From the NCBI GenBank assembly GCA_038243585.1, contig JBBSQY010000035.1:1-36788 (forward strand): DNA of 36,788 nt, read 5' to 3'. The position numbers were made by a program, and so were the translations under genes. Below the pieces are notes generated by a model that saw only the letters and a program-made list of their open reading frames with translations, searched no databases and was not told the origin of the DNA. Below, in pieces: positions 8,834 to 17,994 of the stretch (position 1 is the first letter of the stretch; every line of letters begins with the position of its first letter). The DNA comes from Candidatus Sumerlaeales bacterium (GTDB taxonomy: Bacteria > Sumerlaeota > Sumerlaeia > Sumerlaeales > Sumerlaeaceae).

Positions 8834-9694
8834 CTACTTTTTCAGGCCTGAGGGCAGGCCTTGGGGGAATTCTTCCTTGATGGCCTTTTGGATTTCCGCC
8901 ACGCGGTTTTCAGGGTTCGGGTGCGTGCTGAAAAACTCCGGCGTTTTTCCCCCTTTTGCGGATTCCGCCAGTACGTTCATAACCTGTATCATCGCGTTGG
9001 GATCATATCCCGCCTCCGCCATAAAACGCACGCCCAACCGGTCACTCTCCAGCTCATCGCTGCGACCATATTTCATGCTCACGAGCTGGCCGACAGCCAT
9101 CGCCACCATGGCGTTCGTGCGCGAGCTTCCGGGCCGTTCCGGATCCGAGGAGGCAATAACCGCAGCGCCGGTAAGCCCCTGGGTCAACTGCTGTTTCGCT
9201 AGATGCTCAGCACCGTGGCGTCCGACAACGTGGCCAATCTCGTGAGCTAGCACACCGGCAATTTCGGCTTCCGTACTCAGCTTGTCGAACAAAGCGTCAG
9301 TCATGAAAATCTGGCCGCCTGGAAGTGCGAAGGCGTTGATGACTTTAGAGTCTCCCAGCAGGTGAAACTCGTAGGGATACTCGCTTTTGCCGGCGTCGCT
9401 GCCTGCTACGATGGCTTTTCCAATGCGATCAACCGTTGCCCGGCCATCCGCGTTGGCGCTGGGGCCTCCGAAATTTTGCGCCATCTCAGGCGCGGCCTGC
9501 AACCCCAGGGCGATCTCCTGCTTCTTGTCCATTTTCACATACTGCTTTTCGCCTGTTACCAGGTTCTTCTGGCTGCTGCTGAAGTAAGAAACGACAGATA
9601 CCAGGGCTATAACGATGGCGATGATAATCTTAATTTTGCCGCCGCCGCAGCCCATCCGTCTTTGCCCACCATCACCACGTCCAAATTGACTCAT
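8834..9694 (-). CDS. M48 family metallopeptidase
   Basis: N-terminal TM anchor, INAFALPGG, HEIGH zinc motif, ELESDRLG, AGYDP and STHP..ENR. Confidence 0.92.
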   Translation of the reverse strand: MSQFGRGDGGQRRMGCGGGKIKIIIAIVIALVSVVSYFSSSQKNLVTGEKQYVKMDKKQEIALGLQAAPEMAQNFGGPSANADGRATVDRIGKAIVAGSDAGKSEYPYEFHLLGDSKVINAFALPGGQIFMTDALFDKLSTEAEIAGVLAHEIGHVVGRHGAEHLAKQQLTQGLTGAAVIASSDPERPGSSRTNAMVAMAVGQLVSMKYGRSDELESDRLGVRFMAEAGYDPNAMIQVMNVLAESAKGGKTPEFFSTHPNPENRVAEIQKAIKEEFPQGLPSGLKK

Positions 9695-9778
9695 TCTATT
9701 TCTCCAAGTAAAGTTCTGACTGAATTAGCTAATGCCGTACCTATAAGAGAGCAATTACGAAATAATTAAAAGGTAACT

Positions 9779-10690
9779 ATGGACGACCCTGTTGATCTGA
9801 GAACTCTCCCCATCGAAAAACTGATAGAGCGGTCGCAGGCGCTGGTGGAGGCGTTGCCGTACATACGCAAATTTCACGGTGCCACGGTAGTCATTAAATA
9901 TGGCGGCCACGCCATGGTGGATCCCATACTAAAACGAATGATCATTCAGGATATTTCCCTGATGAACACCGTAGGGATGAATCCCATCATCGTGCATGGC
10001 GGGGGACCCGAGATCACTGCGCACCTTAAGAAACTCGGAGTCCAGTCCACCTTTATTGACGGCCAGCGGGTGACCGATCAGGAGACCCTGGATGTAGCTG
10101 AGATGGTACTGGCCGGTAAGATCAACAGCGAAATCGTTATGGATCTGACCAAGGCGGGAGTACGCGCCGTGGGCATGAGCGGTAAAGACATGGGGCTGAT
10201 AACGGCCCGCAAGCTTTACCATCAGCCGACGCCTGATCATTCTCCTGCGGATATAGGATTTGTTGGCGAGGTGGAGAGCGTCAATCCGGACGTCATTCGC
10301 ATTTTTGAACAGCATAAGATTGTGCCGGTCATTTCCCCAATCGCGGTGGATGCGCAGGGGCAGACCTATAATATTAACGCAGACACTGCGGCGGCAGCCA
10401 TAGCGGGAGCTCTGCGAGCGGATAAGTTCATCCTGCTGACCGACGTTAAAGGGGTCCTGCGCGACCGCTCAGATGACAACACGCTTATCAGCAGTATGAG
10501 ACAGGATGAGGTAGAGGGCCATATTCGGGATGGCGTTATCAACGGGGGGATGATCCCGAAGGTGCGGGCATGCCTGGCTGCCTTGCAGGCGGGGGCTCAC
10601 AAAACCCATATCCTCGATGGTAGACAACCGCATTCCCTGCTGCTGGAATTGTTTACAGATCGCGGCATCGGGACTCAGATTGTTCCGTAA
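9779..10690 (+). CDS. argB: Acetylglutamate kinase
   Basis: EALPYIRKFHG.TVVIKYGG, VHGGGPEI, YNINADTAA and GGMIPKV. Confidence 0.97.
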   Translation: MDDPVDLRTLPIEKLIERSQALVEALPYIRKFHGATVVIKYGGHAMVDPILKRMIIQDISLMNTVGMNPIIVHGGGPEITAHLKKLGVQSTFIDGQRVTDQETLDVAEMVLAGKINSEIVMDLTKAGVRAVGMSGKDMGLITARKLYHQPTPDHSPADIGFVGEVESVNPDVIRIFEQHKIVPVISPIAVDAQGQTYNINADTAAAAIAGALRADKFILLTDVKGVLRDRSDDNTLISSMRQDEVEGHIRDGVINGGMIPKVRACLAALQAGAHKTHILDGRQPHSLLLELFTDRGIGTQIVP

Positions 10691-10766
10691 TAAGCATCTT
10701 TAAAATCGTAGCGAAATAAGACGGAACCGTGTCTTAACAATCCTGATCTATAATCGGAGCTGAACA

Positions 10767-11549
10767 ATGGTTAACACGTTTTTTAAACATGCGGCTGTGG
10801 CCCTGCTGATTTCCGCCGGTCTTTCCGGATGCACTAAAGAGGAAGATACCGGACTTGCGCGGATCCCTGAACTGACGCAGGCGGCGACTCCTGCCTCTGC
10901 GCAGACTACGCCAGCAGAACAGAACAGCGAATGGCAGGCTCCTCCGCTTCACCTGGCATCCGGACACGGAAACGATCATTCCGCAAGCACCACAGCTTCC
11001 GCTGCGGAGGACCCTAATATGTTGATTCAGCCAGGGCAGACCAAGGTAATGGCAGGTGGCAATATTCTTCAGGTGGCCGGGCTGGCGTTCACGGTTTCAG
11101 ACAGCTGGAAAAACGTGAAGCCAGAGAGTCCTGTTCGGGTGGCAGAATATGAGTTGGCGGGAAGCGGCGGCCCTGCGCAGATGGCGGTATTTTATTTCGG
11201 CAAAAATCAGGGCGGCGGCATTGAAGACAATATCAAAAGGTGGGCGGGCCAGTTTACTGCAGACCCGACAACCACCGGCACCGGCGGCGCACAGGTAGGC
11301 CGCATTGAGAAGGATAACCTGCGCCTTGCGCTGGTTAAGACCGAAGGAACCTATGATGCAGGTAGCATGGCTCCCATGGCGCCAAAAACTGGTCCTATGC
11401 CAGGTTTCGCATTGTTCGGCCTGGTAGTGGAAGGTGGCCCGGAAGGCAGCGTATTTATCAAAGTGACCGGTCCCAAAGCAACCTTGGCAGAACAGGATAA
11501 AGCCCTCGAAGAAATGGCACAGAGCGTACGGGTAAGCGAGTACAAATGA
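10767..11549 (+). CDS. Conserved hypothetical lipoprotein
   Basis: Lipobox LSGC, a low-complexity linker, then a globular domain with GGGIEDNIKRWAGQF and FIKVTGP. The stop overlaps the gmhA start (ATGA). Confidence 0.75.
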   Translation: MVNTFFKHAAVALLISAGLSGCTKEEDTGLARIPELTQAATPASAQTTPAEQNSEWQAPPLHLASGHGNDHSASTTASAAEDPNMLIQPGQTKVMAGGNILQVAGLAFTVSDSWKNVKPESPVRVAEYELAGSGGPAQMAVFYFGKNQGGGIEDNIKRWAGQFTADPTTTGTGGAQVGRIEKDNLRLALVKTEGTYDAGSMAPMAPKTGPMPGFALFGLVVEGGPEGSVFIKVTGPKATLAEQDKALEEMAQSVRVSEYK

Positions 11550-12178
11550 CAGAAGGCGGGGGCGCAGCAAACTCCGAGGGCAGAGATCTGCGAACCGAAG
11601 GCGTGGCTCGCGGGCATTTGGAAGCGTCGGCGCGTCTGAAACTTCTGTGCGCTGATACGCTGGCGGAATCCATTGATGCCGCCGCCATTGATCTGTTGTC
11701 AGCCCTGCGGCGCGGAAAAAAAATCCTGGTCTGCGGAAACGGCGGGAGTGCTGCAGATGCCCAGCACCTGGCCAGCGAATTGACAGGACGGTTTGTGCGT
11801 CACCGCCGCGCCCTGCCAGCCATTGCTCTTAACACCGATACCAGCGCCCTTACCGCCATCAGCAACGACTACGGTTACGAGATGGTTTTCGCTCGCCAGG
11901 TAGAGGCCCTGGCGGCGGCGGAAGATGTGCTGGTGGTAATCTCCACCAGCGGAGAAAGCGCCAGCATCCTGCGGGCGGCAGAGGCCGCGCGTGTTGCCGG
12001 TTGCGCGGTAATTGGCCTGTCCGGGCGCGATGGTGGAAGACTCGCCAGCTTATGCGACCGCTGTATTATAGTCCCCAGCACAGAAACCGCGCTGATCCAG
12101 GAGGTGCACGAGAGCATCATTCACTCGTGGGGCACCGTAATAGAAGGCTGGTACCTGGGCGAGGCAGACGCCCTGTAA
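11546..12178 (+). CDS. gmhA: D-sedoheptulose 7-phosphate isomerase
   Basis: CGNGGSAADAQH, TAISNDYGY, ISTSGES and IQEVH. Confidence 0.95.
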   Translation: MTEGGGAANSEGRDLRTEGVARGHLEASARLKLLCADTLAESIDAAAIDLLSALRRGKKILVCGNGGSAADAQHLASELTGRFVRHRRALPAIALNTDTSALTAISNDYGYEMVFARQVEALAAAEDVLVVISTSGESASILRAAEAARVAGCAVIGLSGRDGGRLASLCDRCIIVPSTETALIQEVHESIIHSWGTVIEGWYLGEADAL

Positions 12179-12192
12179 TCATAAAAAGTTTC

Positions 12193-12229
12193 GGACAGGT
12201 CAGACAAAGGTTACTCATCCGACCTGTCC
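12193..12229. terminator. Hairpin between convergent gmhA and the PilB-like gene
   Basis: GGACAGGTC...GACCTGTCC inverted repeat, with an A/T run on the left side. Confidence 0.55.
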
Positions 12230-12236
12230 AATAGCA

Positions 12237-14222
12237 TTACTCCGTTGTTTTGCCTGTTTCCATGTCTTCGATTGACGGAAGTTCAATGGTTGGAATGCCT
12301 TGAATGTCCGCCATAGACCGCGCTGGAACCGGCTCAAAAGTCGGATCCATCTCGCGGGCTGTCTCGCGAACGGTGTCTTTCATTTCCTTGCGAATTTGCT
12401 CCGCATTTTCTCGCGGTGTATGCTTCGCCACTTCTTCAAACGTAGTCACGCCCAAGCAAATTTTCAGCCATCCATCCTGGCGCATGGTTGTCATTCCCTG
12501 GCTTACAGCTGTGTCATGGACCTCATCGGTTGATCCCTGATTCAGAATCAGCGTCTGAACTTCCTCTGTCACTTCAAGCAATTCAAAAATGCCGATACGC
12601 CCTTTGTAACCAGTGCCATGGCATTCGTCACAGCCGCGGCCCTTCATGAACGTGATATCTCCGACCTCTTCTGGCGTCGTGCCGAACTCGGCCAGTTCCT
12701 CAGGCAAAGGCTTGTAGGGGGCACGGCAGCGGGGGCACGTCATGCGAACGAGACGCTGCGCGATAATACCAGCAAGGGTTGACGTAATAAGAAACGGCTC
12801 CACGCCCATGTCAATCAGTCGGCTGATTGTGGCCGCAGCGCTGTTTGTATGGAGCGTTGAAAATACAAGATGGCCCGTCAGAGACGCCTGAATGGCGATC
12901 TGCGCGGTTTCGGAGTCGCGGATTTCGCCGACCAGAATCACGTCGGGATCCTGACGAAGAATGGCCCTAAGGCAGCGTGCGAAGGTAAGTCCGACCTTTG
13001 GATTGATACTGATTTGCACCAGTCCGTCCAGCTGGTACTCCACCGGATCTTCCGTGGTAATGATTTTTTCCGTCGGCTCGTTAATCTCGTTGAGCGCGGC
13101 GTAAAGAGTCGTTGTCTTCCCGCTGCCGGTAGGGCCGGTCACGAGCATGATCCCGTTAGGTCGCTTGACCAGCTTCATGAACCGCTCCACTACGGCATCG
13201 GTCATTCCAATTTCCGCAACGCCCACCATCATGGCGTTCTTGTCGAGCAGACGCATAGCAATACATTCGCCGTGAACGACAGGAAGTGAGGATACGCGGC
13301 AATCGACTTCGCGGCCGTCAATCACCAGCTTAATACGTCCATCCTGGGGACGGCGGGTCTCTGCAATGTCCATAATCGACATAACTTTGAGACGGCTGAG
13401 AACGCCCTGCTGCCAGCTCTTAGGCGGGCTTGGAATCTCGCGGAGCACACCGTCCGTGCGATAGCGGATGCGCAGCACACCGGAAAAGGGTTCGATGTGG
13501 ATATCACTGGCGCGCTCTTTAATGGCCTGAAGGATCAGCAGATTGCAAAAACGGATAATTGGTTCCTGAGACTGGATACGGCCGAGATCGCTGAGGTCAA
13601 TAGTACCTTCAGCGGAGCCCCCCAGTCCTCCATCCTGATCGCCGATATCTAGATCATCCACCACCTGGTCAAGGGTCTGATCGCCCACGCCGTAGTAGAT
13701 GTTAATGTAATCCGTAATTTCTTCTTCTTTGGCGACAACCGCATGGATCTCACGAACTTCGTCGCTGTTCATCATGAGGCGCAGGTCGTCTACGACGCGG
13801 ACGTTAAGGGGGTCGGCGATGGCAACGGTGAGCAAACCAGATGGCTGATCGAACTTAACCGGAAACACTTTCCAGCTTCGCACGAGATCCGAAGGAATCC
13901 GCTTAAGCAGGTCTTTTGTCAGGGATGCCCGTGGATAGTCGGTCATGCGAACCAGTTCAAGACCGGCCTGATCAGAAAGGATCTGCAGCATGTCCTGTTC
14001 AGCGCCAACGTTCAGTTCAGGAAGACGCTCCGTCGGGCGAAGCCTGCTTCCGGCTTCCGAGTTGTTTACATCCACTTTGTTTTGCGGGCCTGCAGGTCGT
14101 TGCTGGGCAGGCGGTCGAGGCTGACCTGGCTGCGCGGGAGGCGCCGCCGGCTTGGCCGCGGCCTCTGGATTATCGTTTTTGGCGTCATCGCCCTTGCCCG
14201 TTATCTTGCGGAAAATTGACAT
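12237..14222 (-). CDS. Type II secretion / type IV pilus assembly ATPase (GspE/PilB family)
   Basis: T2SSE_N domain, ASDIHIEP, RRPQDGR, Walker A GPTGSGKT, EDPVEY, LRQDPDVILVGE, TGHLVFSTLH and tetracysteine CPRC...CDEC. Confidence 0.93.
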   Translation of the reverse strand: MSIFRKITGKGDDAKNDNPEAAAKPAAPPAQPGQPRPPAQQRPAGPQNKVDVNNSEAGSRLRPTERLPELNVGAEQDMLQILSDQAGLELVRMTDYPRASLTKDLLKRIPSDLVRSWKVFPVKFDQPSGLLTVAIADPLNVRVVDDLRLMMNSDEVREIHAVVAKEEEITDYINIYYGVGDQTLDQVVDDLDIGDQDGGLGGSAEGTIDLSDLGRIQSQEPIIRFCNLLILQAIKERASDIHIEPFSGVLRIRYRTDGVLREIPSPPKSWQQGVLSRLKVMSIMDIAETRRPQDGRIKLVIDGREVDCRVSSLPVVHGECIAMRLLDKNAMMVGVAEIGMTDAVVERFMKLVKRPNGIMLVTGPTGSGKTTTLYAALNEINEPTEKIITTEDPVEYQLDGLVQISINPKVGLTFARCLRAILRQDPDVILVGEIRDSETAQIAIQASLTGHLVFSTLHTNSAAATISRLIDMGVEPFLITSTLAGIIAQRLVRMTCPRCRAPYKPLPEELAEFGTTPEEVGDITFMKGRGCDECHGTGYKGRIGIFELLEVTEEVQTLILNQGSTDEVHDTAVSQGMTTMRQDGWLKICLGVTTFEEVAKHTPRENAEQIRKEMKDTVRETAREMDPTFEPVPARSMADIQGIPTIELPSIEDMETGKTTE

Positions 14223-14465
14223 TCTGGTTCACCGTTCGGGTCCCGCCGGCCAATGCGAAGCCGCTGCGGGTTAATGCGCGATCTGAAGAAAAACTGATGC
14301 AGGACAACGATCACATTCATGCAACAATAAACTACCCACCGCATCAGGGGCGCTTCAAGTGTTTTTTTGACTGCAAGGGAAGGGGGAAGTTCCATGCAGT
14401 AGGATTAGTAGCGCCGTTCATTACTGAGTTGTGCCTCGTGTCCCGGCGTAATTACCATAATTTCC

Positions 14466-16145
14466 TTATCGCGCTTCCGCCACCATTGCGTCGTACTTCT
14501 GTTGATCAGCGTATAGTTCTCGGTGGACCTTCATTTTGGCGTCGTGGTAGGCGGCGGTTTTGGCATTCGGCTTAATTACGGCGCCAGCGGCACTCATGGC
14601 GGCCATAGCCGCCGGGATATCTTTATAGATGCCCGCTCCAACTGCTGCCAGGATGGCTCCACCAAGCAAGACAGCCTCCGGCTCTCTGGGCAAAACGATT
14701 TCGCAGCCAGTCGCATCGGCATGTTCCTGCATCCAGAGAGGATTTTTTGTTCCGCCGCCACAGGCGTGAAGTCTCGTAATCTTATAACCCTCGGCGTTAA
14801 GCGCTTCCACGATATCTCGGGTGCCGTAAGCGATAGCCTGAATCGCAGCGTAATACTGAAGCGCCAGATCGTCCAGCGTTGCGTGAAGCGTAAGGCCATG
14901 AATTGCCCCGCGGGCGGATGGATCAGCGTTAGGCGAACGGTTACCATGGAAGTATGGCAACATATGATATCCCTGGGTCAGGCGACAACGCTGCTTCAAC
15001 TTGCCCACGGCGGCCAGGGCGTCTACCCTGCCATTCAGAAATTCATAAACGGTCACACCCTCGGCTTTTGCCTCTTTTACTGCTTCGGCATGGCGTGGGT
15101 GGCTGGCGATCACAAAATCAATCAACTGCCCAGTGGCACTTTGGCCGCCCTCGTTCAGCCACATGCCCGGAATCATTGCGCTGTAGTAGGGGCCCCAGAC
15201 ACCTGGAACAAAACGAGGTTTTTCGCTGACCACCATGTGACAGGTACTGGTACCGCCAATAAGACAGAGCACATCATCGAACGAAACAGCATCAACCGTC
15301 GAACCGGCATTGTCTCCGCGCTTTTTCGCGGCGGTGGATTTACCCATTCCCAAAACGCCAAGGCCACCGGCATGGGCGTCAATAATTCCAACAGCAACCG
15401 GGGTACCGACTTCGAGCCCTAGTTCCCGGGCGGATTCATAGTTAAGACCGCCGGCGCAGTTTCCCATGGGTTCCACCATTTTGCCGAAAGCGCCTCGAAT
15501 GAGACCATCGGCCAGCTTGTTTTTGCTGAAAAAGTCCTTGTTCCAGCGGGCACCTTCTTTCTCGTGTCCCAGGTAGGTCCATTTGCAGACAATAGTGCAC
15601 AATGACCGCACGTCGCGCCCGGTTGCGCGGTAAGTTAACCAGTCGGGCAGGTCAAAATAGCGGGTCGCGCGCGCCCAGGTATCTGGGAGGTTTTTCTTCA
15701 ACCACATAAGCTTAGGCACCTGATGTTCCGGAGACACCTTGCCTCCCAGAAAGCGAATCACATCATGGCCCTGGGCCGTCAGCCGAGCCGCCTCGGCCAT
15801 GGCGCGGTGGTCCATCCATACTATCACGTTCTGGTCGTCCTCCCCCGTAGGAGAGATCGTCACTGGACCATCCTGATCATCCACCGCCACCAGGGAACAA
15901 GTCGCGTCAAAAGCGATGCCCGCGATTGAAGCCCCCGTAAGTCCCGCCTGTTTAAGGGCTGCCTTTGTAGACGCACACACAGCCTTCCAGATATCCGTAG
16001 AAGATTGTTCCACAAAATCGGACTCTGGACGCCAGGTCTGGATTGTCCTGGAGACGGTTCCGACCATGTGGCCTTTAAGGTCGAAAATTCCGGCTCGGGC
16101 GCTACCGGTACCTACATCTATGCCGATGACATGGGTGGGTGACAT
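14466..16145 (-). CDS. FGGY-family carbohydrate kinase (pentulose/D-ribulose kinase-like)
   Basis: GIDVGTGSAR, FDATCSL, WMDHRA, IDAHAG, GTSTCH, EGGQSATG, FHGNRSP and CGGG.KN. Confidence 0.92.
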   Translation of the reverse strand: MSPTHVIGIDVGTGSARAGIFDLKGHMVGTVSRTIQTWRPESDFVEQSSTDIWKAVCASTKAALKQAGLTGASIAGIAFDATCSLVAVDDQDGPVTISPTGEDDQNVIVWMDHRAMAEAARLTAQGHDVIRFLGGKVSPEHQVPKLMWLKKNLPDTWARATRYFDLPDWLTYRATGRDVRSLCTIVCKWTYLGHEKEGARWNKDFFSKNKLADGLIRGAFGKMVEPMGNCAGGLNYESARELGLEVGTPVAVGIIDAHAGGLGVLGMGKSTAAKKRGDNAGSTVDAVSFDDVLCLIGGTSTCHMVVSEKPRFVPGVWGPYYSAMIPGMWLNEGGQSATGQLIDFVIASHPRHAEAVKEAKAEGVTVYEFLNGRVDALAAVGKLKQRCRLTQGYHMLPYFHGNRSPNADPSARGAIHGLTLHATLDDLALQYYAAIQAIAYGTRDIVEALNAEGYKITRLHACGGGTKNPLWMQEHADATGCEIVLPREPEAVLLGGAILAAVGAGIYKDIPAAMAAMSAAGAVIKPNAKTAAYHDAKMKVHRELYADQQKYDAMVAEAR

Positions 16146-16235
16146 GGGGGGGTAATGGTTATCCTTTTTCGTAACTGGTTTTCTAAAACGTCAGACTTGA
16201 TCTACGTGGCTTGAAACTCTGATGGGCGCTGAGTC

Positions 16236-17792
16236 TCACCGCAGTGCCACGTCCAGGTCTCGCATCAGATTTTGCTGCAGGGCGGGATCAGCGCCGGTGT
16301 GAGTACCTTTTACCGTGCCGTCTTTTCCGATAACTACAAGGTGTGGGATCCCGGTAACGCCGAACGCCCCCGCCAGTTGTCCAGACGGATCCAGCCCAAC
16401 GGGAATGGAGAGACCCTGCTTCTGCACAAAAGACTGAATCTGCGCAGAATCTTCAGCCATATTGACCGCGAAGAACTCTACGCCACGCCCTCGGTAGGCA
16501 TTAGCGACCTGTCCAACCACCGGCAGGGATTGCTTACACGGCCCGCACCAGGTAGCCCAGAAATCCAGAACCACCGCTTTTTTTCCACGATAGGAAGCAA
16601 GGTCAACCGTTTTGCCGTTCAGCAAACTCAACCGGATGCCTGGTGTGGTAGCCGCTGATGAGGGTGGCGGCGGAGCAGATTGCTGCTGAGCGGGCTGGTA
16701 GCTGGCGCCCGATGGCACGCTGTCGGGCTTTGAGCCGGAAATGGCCGCCTGCACCACATTGTTTTGGCTTTCACTCAGGGATGGTAAAACGCCTGAGTCA
16801 ACCGGATCCAGCGCCGATTGTAGCCCCACTGCGCGATCCAGATTCGGTGGCGGATCAAACGCGAGATTAAACTCACGATTCGAACTGTCGCGGCGCTTTT
16901 CCGTCCCAGACTTCTTTTCCTGCCCGGAATTTTTCTTTTTGCCCGTCGATTTTTCAATTTTAATTTTGCTCTCGGAGGCCACCACGGCAGGCGATCCGAG
17001 TCTGTCAGTCCGCACCGCTGTCTCTGGTAGTTTAAGCTGAAACGTCGAATCCGGAAGCTCGACATTAACGCGCCAGCGAAATGAAACTTCCGTTTTCGCC
17101 GAAATGGCGTTGTCTTCTCCCGGCGAAGCCGGAATGGTCATGGTGCTGGAGATTTTCACAGGGAGCGGAATTGGTCCCTGCGCAACCCAAAGATCCACAT
17201 CGCCCGCTCGCGTTGGCAACACCAGGTGATTGCACGGCACCCCCAGCACAACATCGTCCTTTATCAGGCGCGGCTCGCCCGTGAGGACAGCGCTCAGAGA
17301 GGCCGTAGTATTGGAAGAAAACAGACCCGTCACCACCATGCCATAAGGTGCCGACATTGCCGCTACCGTAGCGTCCGTATTTCCAGATACCGGCGTTACC
17401 ATGTACTTTGACAGAACCGGAAGATAAAGCGTACAGTTAATGCCGTCGATGGCCATGGCACTGGCGCTGATATCGCTTTGCGTTGTCCACACCACATGGT
17501 CCGGACGGCGATACCAGACCCGGCTGAGGCCGCCAGTCTCTTTAGTCGCTCCCGCGCCGGTTACGGTCGTGGTGCTGGCCAGTTCCACGAAAAATGTGGA
17601 TTGCGAGGCCAGGTGGCGGGCCATTTCCGCATACAGTTTGCTTGCATCGTCATCCAGAGAGACAACAGCAGCAGAGGAGCCGGCAATACCTGCGCCGGAT
17701 GATGGCATGGCAACATCAGATAAAAGCAGCGGAGCGCCGTAGACAGGCGAAATTGCCATAAGTCCGGTCACGGTAAACAGCCATAAGCGCAT
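16236..17792 (-). CDS. Secreted DUF2092/LolA-like domain fused to TlpA-family thioredoxin
   Basis: Signal peptide, RRPD..., TLYLP..KY, VPCNHL..VDLWV beta-rich LolA-like domain, a disordered linker, then LDFWATWCGPC and GIPHLVVIGKDG. Start likely ATG 17792; the track gives 17846. Confidence 0.8.
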   Translation of the reverse strand: MRLWLFTVTGLMAISPVYGAPLLLSDVAMPSSGAGIAGSSAAVVSLDDDASKLYAEMARHLASQSTFFVELASTTTVTGAGATKETGGLSRVWYRRPDHVVWTTQSDISASAMAIDGINCTLYLPVLSKYMVTPVSGNTDATVAAMSAPYGMVVTGLFSSNTTASLSAVLTGEPRLIKDDVVLGVPCNHLVLPTRAGDVDLWVAQGPIPLPVKISSTMTIPASPGEDNAISAKTEVSFRWRVNVELPDSTFQLKLPETAVRTDRLGSPAVVASESKIKIEKSTGKKKNSGQEKKSGTEKRRDSSNREFNLAFDPPPNLDRAVGLQSALDPVDSGVLPSLSESQNNVVQAAISGSKPDSVPSGASYQPAQQQSAPPPPSSAATTPGIRLSLLNGKTVDLASYRGKKAVVLDFWATWCGPCKQSLPVVGQVANAYRGRGVEFFAVNMAEDSAQIQSFVQKQGLSIPVGLDPSGQLAGAFGVTGIPHLVVIGKDGTVKGTHTGADPALQQNLMRDLDVALR

Positions 17793-17994
17793 GCTTGCGT
17801 GATATATTGAACTGCCGGGTGCCATTAGATACAGAGATTCTTCCACCGTTACGAGGTTTAGTGAGCGTTAATCAGCTACTTGGAGCAACAAAACCCAGAA
17901 GAAGCAGGCGTGTCAATGGCAGGTTGGGTAAAATTTTGAACCGGCGCTGCTCCGGTGTAAGCAGGAATATTACGAATCCGGGCGAGACACCTTG

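Noticed and set aside
9715..9775. ARG box upstream of argB (TGAAT...ATGCC)
   Set aside because: Wrong half-site spacing and no tandem partner box.
14201..14575. Short ORFs between the PilB-like gene and the FGGY kinase
   Set aside because: They overlap real genes or lack an SD and protein-like composition; the region is treated as intergenic.
14523..15422. Long antisense ORFs (this one, also 19815-20648, 31189-32022 and 34091-34870)
   Set aside because: These are shadow frames opposite well-supported genes, as expected from codon bias in GC-rich DNA.
16700..16730. ApbE flavinylation motif (DSVPSGAS) in the TlpA linker
   Set aside because: Asp spacing does not fit Dxx[ST]GA[ST], and it lies in a low-complexity linker where chance matches are likely.
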